A stretch of 64,000 nt of DNA from an uncultured delta proteobacterium (GCA_963775425.1 CAVZJB010000011.1:96001-160000), one strand, 5' to 3'; numbered from the stretch's first letter, positions 22,501 to 33,521 are shown. Numbers and translations: made by a program. The notes: a model not told the origin generated them from the sequence alone.

Positions 22501-25500
22501 GTCCAGGCCGTGGACCCGAACGCCAACGGCTTCGTGCAGTCCGTGGTCGCGCGCGTGGATCTGAACGGCGACGGCGACTTCGCCGACACCGTCGGCGGCG
22601 TCCCCGAGACGCAGGTCGAGGACTTCGACTCCTTCGTCCCCGTCCGCCTCGGCAGCGCCGACGGCCCCTACGCCGTCCACATCTCCTTCGTGGACGCCGC
22701 CGGCAACGAGAGCCCCGAGCTCGACTTCGACACGAGCTCGCCCACGCCCGATCCGCTCGTCGTGAACCTCGACACCACGCCGCCGGCGAACGACATCACC
22801 GTCACCGTCACGGGTCACATCGGCGACGGCAGCACCTCGACGTCGCTGACGGTGACGCAGAACGTTCAGGTGGCGCTCGGCCTGCCGCCGGGAAGCGACG
22901 TGGTGTCCGCGATCGTGACGGAGAGCGGCAGCTTCGCCGGCCTCACGCCCAAGTCGCTCGGCGACGTGCTCGGGGACCCCTTCGTCCTCTCCGGCGGCGA
23001 CGGCGACAAGACGCTGCACGTGCGCCTCTTCGATCACGCGGGGAACGCGGTGACCTTGACGGCCACACCCGTCATCACGCTCGACACGCAGCCGCCCTCG
23101 CTGGGCTTCGTCGTCATCGCCAACGGCGCCGACGCGGTCACCACCCACAACGTCACCCTGCAGCTCGGCGCGCAGGGCGCCACCAAGATGCGCGTGTCCA
23201 TCGACGGTGCGCTCGACACCGAGCCCGTCGTGCCGTTCGCGCCTGCGCAGAACATCGTGCTCCCCGGCGGCGACGGGCTGAAGACGGTGAGCGCGGTGTT
23301 CCTCGACGACGCGCTCAACACGAGCACCGTGAGCCTCGACACGGTCCTGCTCGACACCACGCCGCCGTCGTCGCCGACCATCGCCATCGACGACGGCGCC
23401 GGCTTCACGCGCTCCACCTCCGTCACGCTCACGCTGGGCGTCGTCGATGCCACGGAGATGCGCGTCCGCACCGACGCGGTGTTCGACTCCGAGGTGTTCG
23501 TGCCGCTCGCGCAGACGGCCACCGCGCTCCTGCCGGCAGGTGACTGTTCGTCGGCCTCACCCGATTGCAAGCAGGTGTGCGCGCAGTTCCGCGACGCCGC
23601 CGGCAACCTGTCCTCCACCGTGTGCGACACCATCACGCTCGACAGCACGCCGCCGGCGGTCCCCGTCATCACCACCGCGCCGGGCGTGGTGGGCGGCGTC
23701 GCCTTCCAGCTCGCGCTCGCGGCCGAGCCGGCCGACGCGTTCTTCGGCGGCTACGAGATCGTCGTCGACCCGGGCGACAACGGCGTCTTCGCCGTGCAGA
23801 CGCCGCTGGCCGGGTCGCCGCCGCGCTTCAACCTCACGCTCACGCCGCCGGTGGGCATCGACCCGGCCACGGCGTCGGCGCCGAACCTCATCCGCGTGCG
23901 CGCGTTCGACCAGGCGGGCAACCGCTCCGTCGAGGCCACGCTGTCCGTCACGGTGGACCCGGTGGCGCCGGCCGCGCCGACGCCGCTGGCGACGACGGCC
24001 GTCGTGAACGCCGACACCTTCGCCGTGTTCCTCGATCCCGTGAACAACCTCGCCGACGACGACGCGAACTTCAGCCACTACGAGATCGCGGCGGTGTCGC
24101 CGAGCCGGCCGTCGCCGAGCTTCACGCCCACCGCGCTCGTCGACGGGCTCATCTTCACGCTCGAGCAGGGCGACGACGTCGTCTGCCCGTCGCCGTGCGA
24201 GAACCGCCTGCGGATCCGCGCGCGCGACGCGGCGGGCAACGTCAGCGGCACGACCGAGGTGGTGGTCGACGAGGACTCCACGTTCCCGACGGCGCCCCGG
24301 CTCACCCCGCGGGGTGCGCGCATCACGGGCCTCGACGCCTTCATGCGCCTCGAGGAGATCTCGCAGGACAACGGCGGCGAGGTGGCCACGTACGAGATCG
24401 TCGGCGGCGACATCGACGCCTTCACGGCGACGGCGCCGCCCATCTTCAAGTTCACGCTCGACAAGCGCGACTTCAGCCACCAGCTCTGCATCCGCGGCAA
24501 GGACCTGGCGGGCAACGTCAGCACCACCGACTGCGTCATCATCGAGCAGAGCTCCGCGCTCCCCATCGCCAACAGCGGCGTGGACGAGCAGCGTCCGACC
24601 ATCTTCGGGGACATGGTCGCCTACGAGGACGTCAGCAACGGCGTCGTCGCGGCCGACATCCGAAGCGGCGCCAGCCACGTGATCGACGCCAACGGCTTCG
24701 CCCCGCGCATCGACGGGGACCGCGACAACTTCCGGCTCCTCTGGTCGAGCTCCGGGCAGGCGCGGCTGGTGTCGTACCCCGTCGACGGCTTTGGCGCGGC
24801 CATCGCCGACAGTAGCCAGCTCGACGGCTGCCATGTGAAGGAGTGCGCGGGTCAGGTGAACGGCGTGTCGAGCATCGACATGTCGGGCGACAACATCGTG
24901 CTCGACGGTGGCGACGTCCAGGGCCCGGGGCTCTTCTTGACCAGCCCCACCGACTGCACGCGGCCCCTCTGCGGAGAGGGCGCCGCGCCCGATGCCACGA
25001 GGCTGACGCCGGTGGGGGAGCCGGTCGCGCTCTGCCAGGATCGCGAGAAGACCGGCGTCCGCATCGATGGCAACGTCATCGTGTGGTGCGAGGACACTGG
25101 CAGCGCGCTCGAGATCCACCGCATCCGGCTCGGGACCACGCCCGCCGGCACCGACGAGGTCATCGCCACCAACGTGCAACCGGGGTTCCAAACGCCCCAC
25201 CAGCCCGTCATCACGAGCGACAGTCTCTACTGGGCGAGCGGCACGGATCTATGCCGCATCGACGCCACCGCAACCGTCGCCACGCCGTTTGACGGCTGCC
25301 CCGTCGCGCAGCAGGTGGTCTCCGGCCAGATCGGGCAGCTGACGGGCGGCGATGGCGACCGCATCGGGGTCACGCTGGGCACAAACGCGCTCACCGATCC
25401 CATCGACGTCGCGTTCTTCCAGAGGAGCACCGGCACAATCACGCAGCTCACCGACGACATCCTCGAGCAGGGGGACGCGGAGATCTGGCGCGACCGCTTC

Positions 25501-26517
25501 GCCTACACAGATCGCCAGCGCTTCAGCAACGACGTCGTGGTGCGCGACCTCACCGAGGGCACCTTCGTCGTCGCCGACCCGGCGCTCCAGGGCATCCCGG
25601 CCACCGACGGCAACTTCATCGTGTGGGTCGACACGCGCAACGCCGGCATCCAGTTGTTCGCCTTCGACCTCGCCACCGACAGCGAGCTCGAGGTCACGCC
25701 CTCGAGCGAGATCCTCGGCGCCGGCGACACCATCTACTCCTTCGAAAACGGCATCGTCGCCTACACGTTCCTGAACGGCGCGGGCGCGCCCGACCGGCTC
25801 TTCGTCCAGAACGTCGCCACCGGCGAGCAGACCCAGGTCGCCGGCACCACGGCGACCATCGAGGCGCCCATCCTCAACGAGGACGCTTCGCGCGTGTTCT
25901 GGTTCGACAGCGCCGACGGCCGCATGAAGACCGCGAGCCTCGGCGGCGCCGGCGGCGTCACGCCCGGCACCATCGAGAACGTCGGCGGCGTCGCGCAGCG
26001 CGTGACGCGCACCGCCGCCGCGGGCGACACGGTGATCTACGAGGACGACCCGGGGGCGGGCGGCAACAGCGTCGGCTGCGCCGTCGTCGGCGCCACCGCG
26101 ACGAACATCATCGACACGGATGCGCGCACGCTCGGGGCGGCGACCATCACCGGCCTCGGACCGGTGCTCGCCTACGGCGCGAACAACAACACCGAGATCC
26201 GCGCGTGCCAGCTCGACTGCAGCGGCGCCTCCGCCTCGTGCCCGGTCACGCTCCTGGCCTCCGGCTCCGGGGACGTGGAGTCACCGCGCGTGTCCACCGA
26301 CGGTCACATCGTCTGGGTCTCGCACCAGGCCGGCGACTCCTTCGGGCAGATCGTCGTCTACGACGCCCTCGCCGACGTGCGCTATCGCCTCGACACCGAC
26401 TTCGGCGTCGACGGCGCCGCGCCGGTGGTGGACGCCGACGTCGAGGGCAACCGCGTGGTGTGGAGCGGCTTCCCGTTCGGCACCAGCGACGTCTTCACCG
26501 CCGTCCTCGGCGAGTGA
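13584..26517 (+). CDS. Giant surface lipoprotein/adhesin (~4,310 aa) with tandem Ig-like repeats and C-terminal beta-propeller; one extra base at 15108-15109
   Basis: GGAG RBS; VIVAASC lipobox followed by APTNPFDP; many DAAGN..LDTTPP Ig-like modules. Removing one A joins ..LPVAMQ to ISAGTVSP.. of the 3839-aa ORF. Confidence 0.85.
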
Positions 26518-26533
26518 CGCCGCGCCGGGTGCC

Positions 26534-26561
26534 AAGAAAAGCCCGCGGGGGGCCGCGGGCT
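26534..26561 (-). terminator. Intrinsic terminator downstream of tRNA-Gln
   Basis: Stem GCCCGCGG/CCGCGGGC followed by TTTTCTT on the minus strand. Confidence 0.75.
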
Positions 26562-26565
26562 CAGG

Positions 26566-26639
26566 TGGTTGGGGAACTAGGATTCGAACCTAGATAAACG
26601 GAATCAGAATCCGTTGTCCTGCCGTTAGACGATTCCCCA
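26566..26639 (-). tRNA. tRNA-Gln (CTG)
   Basis: TGGGGAATCGTCTAACGGCAGGACAACGGATTCTGATTCCGTTTATCTAGGTTCGAATCCTAGTTCCCCAACCA: cloverleaf, GTTCGAA T-loop, CCA end. Confidence 0.96.
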
Positions 26640-26810
26640 GCAGGTGGTGGCTCCTCCTTCCGTAGCGAGCTTCCGTCGGGGCTGTCAACTCCCGTCGGGC
26701 GTTCGACGACGACGAGGCTCGAACCCGGCGCCCCCGGCGCGGTCCGTGTCCTTCTGCGAGGCCCCGGCTGGACATGCGGGTGCTAGGGTGAGACCTCCCT
26801 CGACGAGATC

Positions 26811-27554
26811 GTGACCGCCACCGACTACAACCGCGACGTGTACGACCGCATCTGGCGACAGATGTCGGACTTCATCCGCTACAACCCGGGGGCCCGGCAC
26901 CGCCGGCGGCACGTGTTCGACCTCGTCGAGCGCTGCCGGTTCGACTCCCTGCTCGACGTCGGCTGCGGCAACGGGGAGCTGCTGCGGCTCATCGAGGACC
27001 GTTGGCCCGGCCGGCGGCTCGCGGGTGCCGATCTGTCCTCGTCCGTGGTGGAGCAGAACCGGCGGGCGCTCCCCCGGATGCAGTTCTTCACCAAGGACAT
27101 CGAGCGCGAGGCCTTGCCCGAGGGCTTCGACCTCGTCGTCTGCTCCGAGGTCATCGAGCACCTCGACGACCCGGCCGCCGCCCTCGAGCGCCTGGCGGCC
27201 GCCGCCGTCCCCGGCGGCCACGTGATCGTCACCTGCCCCACAGGCCGCGTCTGGCCGACCGAGCGGCACTTTGGCCATGTCCGCCACCCCCGCCCCGAGG
27301 ACCTCGAGGCCTGGGCCGCCCGGGCCGGCCTGGACGTCGAGGAGCTGTGGTCCTGGGGCTTCCCGTCCTACGCCCTCACCAAGTGGGCCCAGAACATTCG
27401 ACCCGAGGCGGCGCTGAAGGCGTTTGCAGGAGAGCGCCCCTACGGGCTACCTCAGGTCGCGGTGTCCACGGCCCTCTGGCTCGCAAACTTCGCCAACCTC
27501 CGCACGTCTCCGTGGGGCGTGCAGCTCTTTGCTCTTTTGAAGAGGCGCTCTTGA
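26811..27554 (+). CDS. Class I SAM-dependent methyltransferase
   Basis: LLDVGCGNG motif I; FDLVVCSEVIEHL. Confidence 0.88.
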   Translation: MTATDYNRDVYDRIWRQMSDFIRYNPGARHRRRHVFDLVERCRFDSLLDVGCGNGELLRLIEDRWPGRRLAGADLSSSVVEQNRRALPRMQFFTKDIEREALPEGFDLVVCSEVIEHLDDPAAALERLAAAAVPGGHVIVTCPTGRVWPTERHFGHVRHPRPEDLEAWAARAGLDVEELWSWGFPSYALTKWAQNIRPEAALKAFAGERPYGLPQVAVSTALWLANFANLRTSPWGVQLFALLKRRS

Positions 27555-28423
27555 AGATTCGGATCACCGGCGGAAAAGGCATGCTCGGCACCGACCTCGC
27601 CGCCGCCGTCGCCTGGCGCGGACATGACGTCGTCGTCACCGGTCACGAGCTCGACGTCAGCGACCTCGACGCGTTGCGCGCGTTCGCTGCCGAACAACAG
27701 CCCACCCACGTCGTCAACTGCGCCGGCTACACCAACGTCGACGGGTGCGAGGCCGAGCAGGCCCTGGCCGACAAGGTCAACGGCGAAGGCGCCGGCTGCG
27801 TCGGCGTGCTCGCCAAGGAGAAGGGCATCCACGCGGTGCACATCTCCAGCGACTACGTCTTCCCCGGCGACGGCAAGGCGCCCTACGCCGAGGACGCGCC
27901 CACGGGCCCGCTGTCGGCCTACGGCAAGAGCAAGCTCATCGGCGAGGAGCGGTTCCTCGAGGCCACCGGCCGCGAGGGCGCCGTCGTGCGCACCTCGTGG
28001 CTCTACGGCATCCACGGCAAGAGCTTCCCGCGGACCATGCTGAAGCTCATGGCGGACAAGGAGGAGATCGGCGTCGTCGACGATCAGATCGGCCGCCCCA
28101 CCTACACCGCCGACCTCGCCCGCGCCCTCGTCGACGTCGCCGAGCGCAAGCTCACGGGCGTGTGGCACTTCGCCAACGCCGGCGAGGTCTCGTGGCACGG
28201 CTTCGCCAGCACCATCCTCGAGCGCGCCCGCGACAAGGGCATGCCCGTGAAGTGCAAGACGGTGCGCGCCATCAAGACCAGCGAGTACCCCACGCCCGCC
28301 AAGCGGCCGGCGTACTCGGTGCTCGCGACCACCAAGCTCGAGCGCGCGCTCGGCAGGCAGGCGCGGCCGTGGGCCCAGGCGCTCGAGCAGTACCTCGACC
28401 TCGTCAAGACGCGCGGCGTCTGA
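27551..28423 (+). CDS. rfbD: dTDP-4-dehydrorhamnose reductase
   Basis: TTG start overlaps the upstream stop; ITGGKGMLG, NCAGYTNVDGCE, HISSDYVF, YGKSK, VVDDQIGRPT, TPAKRPAYS. Confidence 0.93.
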   Translation: MKIRITGGKGMLGTDLAAAVAWRGHDVVVTGHELDVSDLDALRAFAAEQQPTHVVNCAGYTNVDGCEAEQALADKVNGEGAGCVGVLAKEKGIHAVHISSDYVFPGDGKAPYAEDAPTGPLSAYGKSKLIGEERFLEATGREGAVVRTSWLYGIHGKSFPRTMLKLMADKEEIGVVDDQIGRPTYTADLARALVDVAERKLTGVWHFANAGEVSWHGFASTILERARDKGMPVKCKTVRAIKTSEYPTPAKRPAYSVLATTKLERALGRQARPWAQALEQYLDLVKTRGV

Positions 28424-29615
28424 CGGCGCGCTCGACGACGAAGACGAAGGGCGGCGCGAGCGCCGCCAGCACGATGGACGCCGTGGCCAGCGCGGGGACG
28501 CCGAGGAGGCTCCCGCCGGGCCCGTCGGACAGGACCTGCGACGACGCCGCGGCGCCGACGGCGCTCGCCATGTGCCGCGTGGCCGACTGCACCGAGAGGA
28601 AGCCGGCGCGCTCGTGCGGCTCGGGGACCTTGGTCATGAGCGTGGTCATCGAGACGTTGCGCGTGGTCTGCGAGAGCATGAACGCGCAGAACAGCACGAG
28701 CACCGGCACCGGTGGAACCACGAGCACGAAGCCGAGCCACACCGCCACCGCGAAGCCCACGGTGCCGGCGGTGTTGACGGCGAACGAGCCCACGCGGTCG
28801 ACGATGCGGCCGGTCACCTGCATGACCACGAAGCTGAGCGCGCCGCCGACGAGGTAGAGCCGCCCGAGCTCCGCGCGCGGGTAGTGCAGGTTCTGCTCGA
28901 GGTGCGCGGCGATGTTGGGGATGAGCGCGAAGCCGCTCATCATCGCCAGCGCGAGCGCCGCGTAGGCGAGCAGGTTGATGCGACGGAAGAACAACCGGAG
29001 CAGGCGGGGCGGGCCGCGGCTCGACGCGAGGTGGCCGCGCAGGGACGGCAGCGCGAAGAAGCCGAGGACGACGACGGCGGCGCCGGCCGCCCCGACCCCG
29101 AGGAACGGCAGCCGCCAGCTCCCGATCTCGGCGAGCTCGAGGCCGGCGGGGACGCCGAGGACGCTGGCGACGGAGAAGGCGCCCATGACGGCGCCCATGG
29201 CGCGGCCGCGGCGCTCGACCGGGATGACGTCGGCGATGATGGAGAGCGACACCGACGTGGCGGGGCCGCCGAACATGCCGGCGACCACGCGCGCGAACAG
29301 GAGCGAGCCGAGGCCGGTGGCGAGCGCGCCGAGGAAGGTGCCGCACGCGAGGCCGACCAAGGAGACGAGCAGGGCCTTCTTGCGGTCGAAGCGGTCGAGA
29401 AAAAACGCGCCGGCGATGCCGGCGACGGCGGCGGCGGCGGTGTAGCTGCCGCCGATGAGGCCGAGCCGGCTGGTGGGGATGTCGAGCGCCTTGGCGAAGT
29501 CCGGGCCGAGCGGCATCACCATCATGAAATCGAGGATGTTGACGAACTGCACGGCCCCGATGAGGCCGACGAGGGTCTTTTCGGAGACGACAGGAGGTGC
29601 GGGCGCGTCGAGCAC
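28404..29615 (-). CDS. MFS transporter (start approximate)
   Basis: Multiple TM helices; motif A-like DRFDRKKALL; QFVNILDFMMVMPLGP; DVIPVERRGRAMG. Confidence 0.9.
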   Translation of the reverse strand: MLDAPAPPVVSEKTLVGLIGAVQFVNILDFMMVMPLGPDFAKALDIPTSRLGLIGGSYTAAAAVAGIAGAFFLDRFDRKKALLVSLVGLACGTFLGALATGLGSLLFARVVAGMFGGPATSVSLSIIADVIPVERRGRAMGAVMGAFSVASVLGVPAGLELAEIGSWRLPFLGVGAAGAAVVVLGFFALPSLRGHLASSRGPPRLLRLFFRRINLLAYAALALAMMSGFALIPNIAAHLEQNLHYPRAELGRLYLVGGALSFVVMQVTGRIVDRVGSFAVNTAGTVGFAVAVWLGFVLVVPPVPVLVLFCAFMLSQTTRNVSMTTLMTKVPEPHERAGFLSVQSATRHMASAVGAAASSQVLSDGPGGSLLGVPALATASIVLAALAPPFVFVVERAVRRRAS

Positions 29616-29782
29616 GACGGTGCCCGTACGATGCACCGGGCGCGCCTTCGTTGCGCGCCCAGGGCCGCCGGGCCGGCCGGAGCGGCGCCGAGCGCAAGGG
29701 CCGGAACCGGCTCCGCGCGCGGCCAAAAATTTCGGCGCGGACCGGGGCGCCCTTAGGCTCCAGGCGCATCCAGGAGGCTCCC

Positions 29783-30301
29783 ATGGTCGCCGTCATGCGC
29801 CCGCGTTCCCCCGCCGCCACGAACCTCGTTCGCAACAACCGCCGCGTCGCCTTCGTCGGGGCCGACGAGCTCGTCATCGCCGGGCGCCCGCGCTCGGCGG
29901 GGTCGGTCCGCGGTGCCATGCCCCGGGAGCCTCTCGTCGAGGGCCGGCGGCGCCCCCGCGTGCCCGTCGCGCTGCGGGCGTGGGTGTGCACCGAGGCGCT
30001 CTCCGTGCGCGGTTTCGCGCTCGACCTCACCGAGAACGGCGCGCGCTTCGGGGGCATGGGCCTCAAGCTCAAGGTCGGCGACGCCGTCATCGTGAAGATC
30101 GTCGTCGACGAGGCCGACGCGCCCGTGGTGATCAAGGGCGAGGTGGTGCGCTACGCCCCGACCGCCGGGGCCTGCCCCGACGTCTGCGTCCGCTTCGTCG
30201 ACGCCCCCGTCGACGAGCACTTCCGCGTCGCGCGCTTCCTCGATCGGAGCGGCCCGGCCGCGCCGGCGGCGCGCACGGCACGGTTGACGCCGGGGCGATA
30301 G
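29783..30301 (+). CDS. PilZ-domain protein
   Basis: AGGAGG RBS; RRRPR (RxxxR) and DLTENG (DxS/TxxG) c-di-GMP motifs. Confidence 0.8.
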   Translation: MVAVMRPRSPAATNLVRNNRRVAFVGADELVIAGRPRSAGSVRGAMPREPLVEGRRRPRVPVALRAWVCTEALSVRGFALDLTENGARFGGMGLKLKVGDAVIVKIVVDEADAPVVIKGEVVRYAPTAGACPDVCVRFVDAPVDEHFRVARFLDRSGPAAPAARTARLTPGR

Positions 30302-30319
30302 GCGGCCACCGTCCCGCCC

Positions 30320-31462
30320 ATGCCCATCCGGCCGTTTTCGCACTCTCCGTCGGGCGCCGTGGCCTTCGCCCCCGGCGCCGCCGCGCAGGCGGGGCAGCAG
30401 GGACCGCTCAAGAGGGCCAAGAAGATCGCCGTCGTCACCGACGCCGGCGTCAAGGCGGCCGGCCTCTTGGACCGCGTGTTGCCGTCGCTCGGCGAGCGCG
30501 TCGCCTTCGTCGACGACGGCTGCGTCCCCGACGCCGACGTCGCCCACATCAACGCCCTCGGCAAGAGGCTCGCCGACGGCGGCGCCGAGGCGGTCCTCGC
30601 CGTCGGCGGCGGCAGCGTCATGGACTCGGCCAAGTGCGCCGCCGCCGTGGCCGCCAAGGGCAAGAGCATCGAGGACCTCGAGGGCGTGGCCACCGTGCGG
30701 GCGAAGCTCCTGCCGCTCGTGTGCATCCCCACCACGACGGGCACGGGCTCCGAGGCCACCCAGTTCGCCGTCGTCAAAGACCGCGCCGAGGGCCGCAAGC
30801 GCATCCTCATGGACCTGTCGCTGGTCCCCGTCTTGTCCATCCTGGACCCCGAGATGGTGCTCGGCCTGCCCAAGGCGGCCACCGCCGCCACCGGCGTCGA
30901 CGCCGTCACCCACGCCGTCGAGGCCGCGGCGAGCCGGATGCAGAACCCCATCGCCACGGCGCTGTCCGTGGAGGCCGTGCGGCTGCTGCGCGAGGCCCTC
31001 CCGCGCGCGCTCGAGGCCCCCGACGACATCGACGCCCGCGCCGCCTGCCTCGTGGCCGCCAACCTCGCAGGCCAGGCGATCTCGTCGGCGATGCTCGGCG
31101 CCTGCCACGCCTTCGCCCACGCGCTGGGCGCGCTCAAGGGCGTCCCGCACGGCGTGGCCAACGGGATCTTCCTCGTGCCCACCATGCGTGTGAACGCGGA
31201 GAAGGCGAAGCGCGCCTACGGACACCTCGGCCAGGCCCTCGGCGCCCCGACGCTCGACGGCGCCGCCGCCTGGGCCATCGACGCCGTGGAGACCCTGGTC
31301 CACGACGTGGCGGGGATCCCGCGCCGCCTGCGGGACGCCGGGGTCACCGAGGGTGACCTCGACGCACTGGTCCGGCTCACCATGGGCGACGCCGACCTCG
31401 CGACAAACCCTGTTTCGCTCGACGAAGACGGCGTTCGCCGCATACTCTCCGAGCGCTTCTAG
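30320..31462 (+). CDS. Iron-containing alcohol dehydrogenase
   Basis: AVGGGSVMDSAK, IPTTTGTGSE, DAVTHAVE, HAFAH, HGVAN. Confidence 0.92.
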   Translation: MPIRPFSHSPSGAVAFAPGAAAQAGQQGPLKRAKKIAVVTDAGVKAAGLLDRVLPSLGERVAFVDDGCVPDADVAHINALGKRLADGGAEAVLAVGGGSVMDSAKCAAAVAAKGKSIEDLEGVATVRAKLLPLVCIPTTTGTGSEATQFAVVKDRAEGRKRILMDLSLVPVLSILDPEMVLGLPKAATAATGVDAVTHAVEAAASRMQNPIATALSVEAVRLLREALPRALEAPDDIDARAACLVAANLAGQAISSAMLGACHAFAHALGALKGVPHGVANGIFLVPTMRVNAEKAKRAYGHLGQALGAPTLDGAAAWAIDAVETLVHDVAGIPRRLRDAGVTEGDLDALVRLTMGDADLATNPVSLDEDGVRRILSERF

Positions 31463-31487
31463 GGGCGCGCTTCAGGGAAGGATCGCG

Positions 31488-31835
31488 ATGGCCGACGGCG
31501 ACGACGTCTGGGTGGAAGTCGAGGTGCTCAAGGGCACGCTGGTCAGCGTGTACCGCGGCCGGGTGTCGGCGAAGACCCTCAACGCGTGGCGCAGCGGCGA
31601 GCTCGGCAAGGGCTGCTTCGAGCTACAGGACACGTACTGGAGCTACGACGAGGGCGACGGCAACGAGGGCTGGGTCGTCGTCGGCGCCACCGCCGGGCCG
31701 TACGCCGCGGCGCACGGCACCACGTTCATCCGCAGCGACCTCGTGCTGGTCATCGTCCCGCTGCGCGACGGCACCGAGCGCGAGATGCACAAGGTCCGCC
31801 CCGTCGGCGGCGCTGCCCGCGACGACGACTACTGA
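31488..31835 (+). CDS. Hypothetical protein
   Basis: GAAGGA RBS and coding-type GC3; its TGA stop is the IS target site. Confidence 0.65.
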   Translation: MADGDDVWVEVEVLKGTLVSVYRGRVSAKTLNAWRSGELGKGCFELQDTYWSYDEGDGNEGWVVVGATAGPYAAAHGTTFIRSDLVLVIVPLRDGTEREMHKVRPVGGAARDDDY

Positions 31836-33058
31836 GAGGGTGTTTACAAATTGGCACCGCGGTCGATGGACGCACGGCGGAAGGGCGACGGCGCTGACTT
31901 CGGCCGCGGAGGCAGCTTCGGCGCTGCGGCGACGCGCCGCATGAGCAGGCTCGCGTGCGCGAACCAGACCCACGCTTCGGCGACATCGATGCGCTGCTCG
32001 TGATCCTTGCCGAGGCGGCGCGGGCGGTCGCTCCACGAATTGGTGCGCTCGACGACCCATCGCTTGCGCAGCACCTGGAAGACCGGCACGGGCTTGAAGA
32101 GCGCGAGCTGCGGACCCTGCCACGCTCGGCGCTTTGACATTCGCGGCACCACTTCGACATCGACGCCGGGAAAGCGCTTCTCGAGCCGCTTCTCGCACTT
32201 ACCCGAGTAGCCCATGTCGACGTAGACCTTCTTGAGCGTCGGGTGCTTCTTTACGCCGCGTGCAACAACCTCGTCAGCGGCGTCGCGGTCCTGGATGTTC
32301 GCAGGCAGAACCGCGACGGTGAGCAACAACCCGAGCGTGTCTGTCAGGAGATGGCGCTTGCGACCTTTGATCTTCTTAGCGCCATCGTAACCATGGGCCC
32401 CCCTTTTTCCGCCGTCCGCACCGACTGGCTGTCGAGAACGGAGGCGGTCGGCGCTTCGTCGCGTCCTTCGCGTTCGCGCCATAAGTCTCGCAGCTCGTCG
32501 TTCATCTTCTCGAACAGCCGCTCGTCGGACCAACGACGGAACGTCGCGTAGACGTTCTGCCACGGCGGGAACTCGCGCGGCAGCATCCGCCAGGCGCACC
32601 CGGAACGAACCGCGTAGCAGATCGCATCGAACACGAGGCGTCTCGGGTATTTCTCCGGACGCCCCACCCCTGACTTCTCGAAGAGATGCCGCACGAGCTC
32701 CCACTCGACGTCGGTGGTGCTCGACGGATAGTGGCCGTCGGAGGCGCGCCTGTGCGCCTGGGTGTAGCCGTAGCGCTTCGCCGGCGGCGTCGACGGCGCG
32801 TTCTCCGTGCGCACAAGCTTCAGCCCGAGTCGCTTGAGCGCCACGTTGATCGTGTCGTGGCTGACGCGGCGACGTTTCCGCGCCCGCATCTTCTCGGCGA
32901 GCTCGTACGTCGACAAACGCGGCTCGGCATTCAACGTGTCGACGAGGAACCGATCATCGTCGGCGTCGAGAATTGGAGGACGTCCGGGACCGCGACCACT
33001 GGGAATGCGCGCCATGACCTCGACATAGCAGGCGGACAGTTACTTTGTAAACACCTTC
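31836..33058 (-). mobile_element. Complete IS5-family element (IS1031/IS427-like), 1,223 bp
   Basis: Terminal IRs GAGGGTGTTTACAAA (31836-31850) and GAAGGTGTTTACAAA (reverse complement of 33044-33058), 14/15 identical; TGA on both flanks (31833-35, 33059-61). Confidence 0.92.
31844..33015 (-). CDS. IS5-family transposase in two frames joined by a -1 frameshift at 32398-32408
   Basis: orfA: YPSSTTDVEW, GCAWRMLPREFPPWQNVY, DSQSV. orfB: GYDGAKKIKGRKRHLLTDTLG, DMGY, RWVVERT. Slippery sequence AAAAAGGGGGG. Confidence 0.9.
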
Positions 33059-33061
33059 TGA

Positions 33062-33336
33062 AAGGCTGACGAAAAACAAGGCTCGTAGCAGCACTCGGCG
33101 AAGCCGCCCACAAGGTGGCTCGCCGCGCGGAGTACGTGGCGAGGCACGTCGATCGCTCATCAGCCCGCGAACGTCGTACAGGGTTCGTGCGGGTCGTGTG
33201 CGCGCCGACGTGCCTCGATGCGATGTCGGCGCGGACTTCAGGCGGTGAGCTTCGCGAGGTTCTGCAGCAGGTTGAAGGCCACGGCTGCCATCAGGGCGAC
33301 CGTCGTCACCTTCGCTAGCCCCCGTACGTAGAGCCC
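33062..33336 (-). pseudogene. Probable 3' remnant of an IS1182-like element
   Basis: 33336-33238 translates GLYVRGLAKVTTVALMAAVAFNLLQNLAKLTA*, resembling IS1182 transposase C-termini; IR-like end TTTTTCGTCAGCCT at 33076-33063. Confidence 0.55.
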
Positions 33337-33521
33337 GTGTACTGATCCAGCCGTGGATCAGGCTTCTGGTGCTTGCGGCGATCGCCGGCCCCGCGCGGCC
33401 GCGCTTGAGCTTCACCATGCAAGGTGGATCAGCTCGAGCCGCACTTTTGGCGCGCAAATCTCGGTGAGTTGCGAGTGCTTGGGCGCTCGGATCAGCGAAG
33501 GCTAGACGACGTCGCCACCGC

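Noticed and set aside
14848-23148. 2766-aa minus-strand ORF and similar long Arg/Gly-rich ORFs
   Set aside because: These are antisense or off-frame shadows of high-GC genes; the opposite frame carries the recognisable domains and codon bias.
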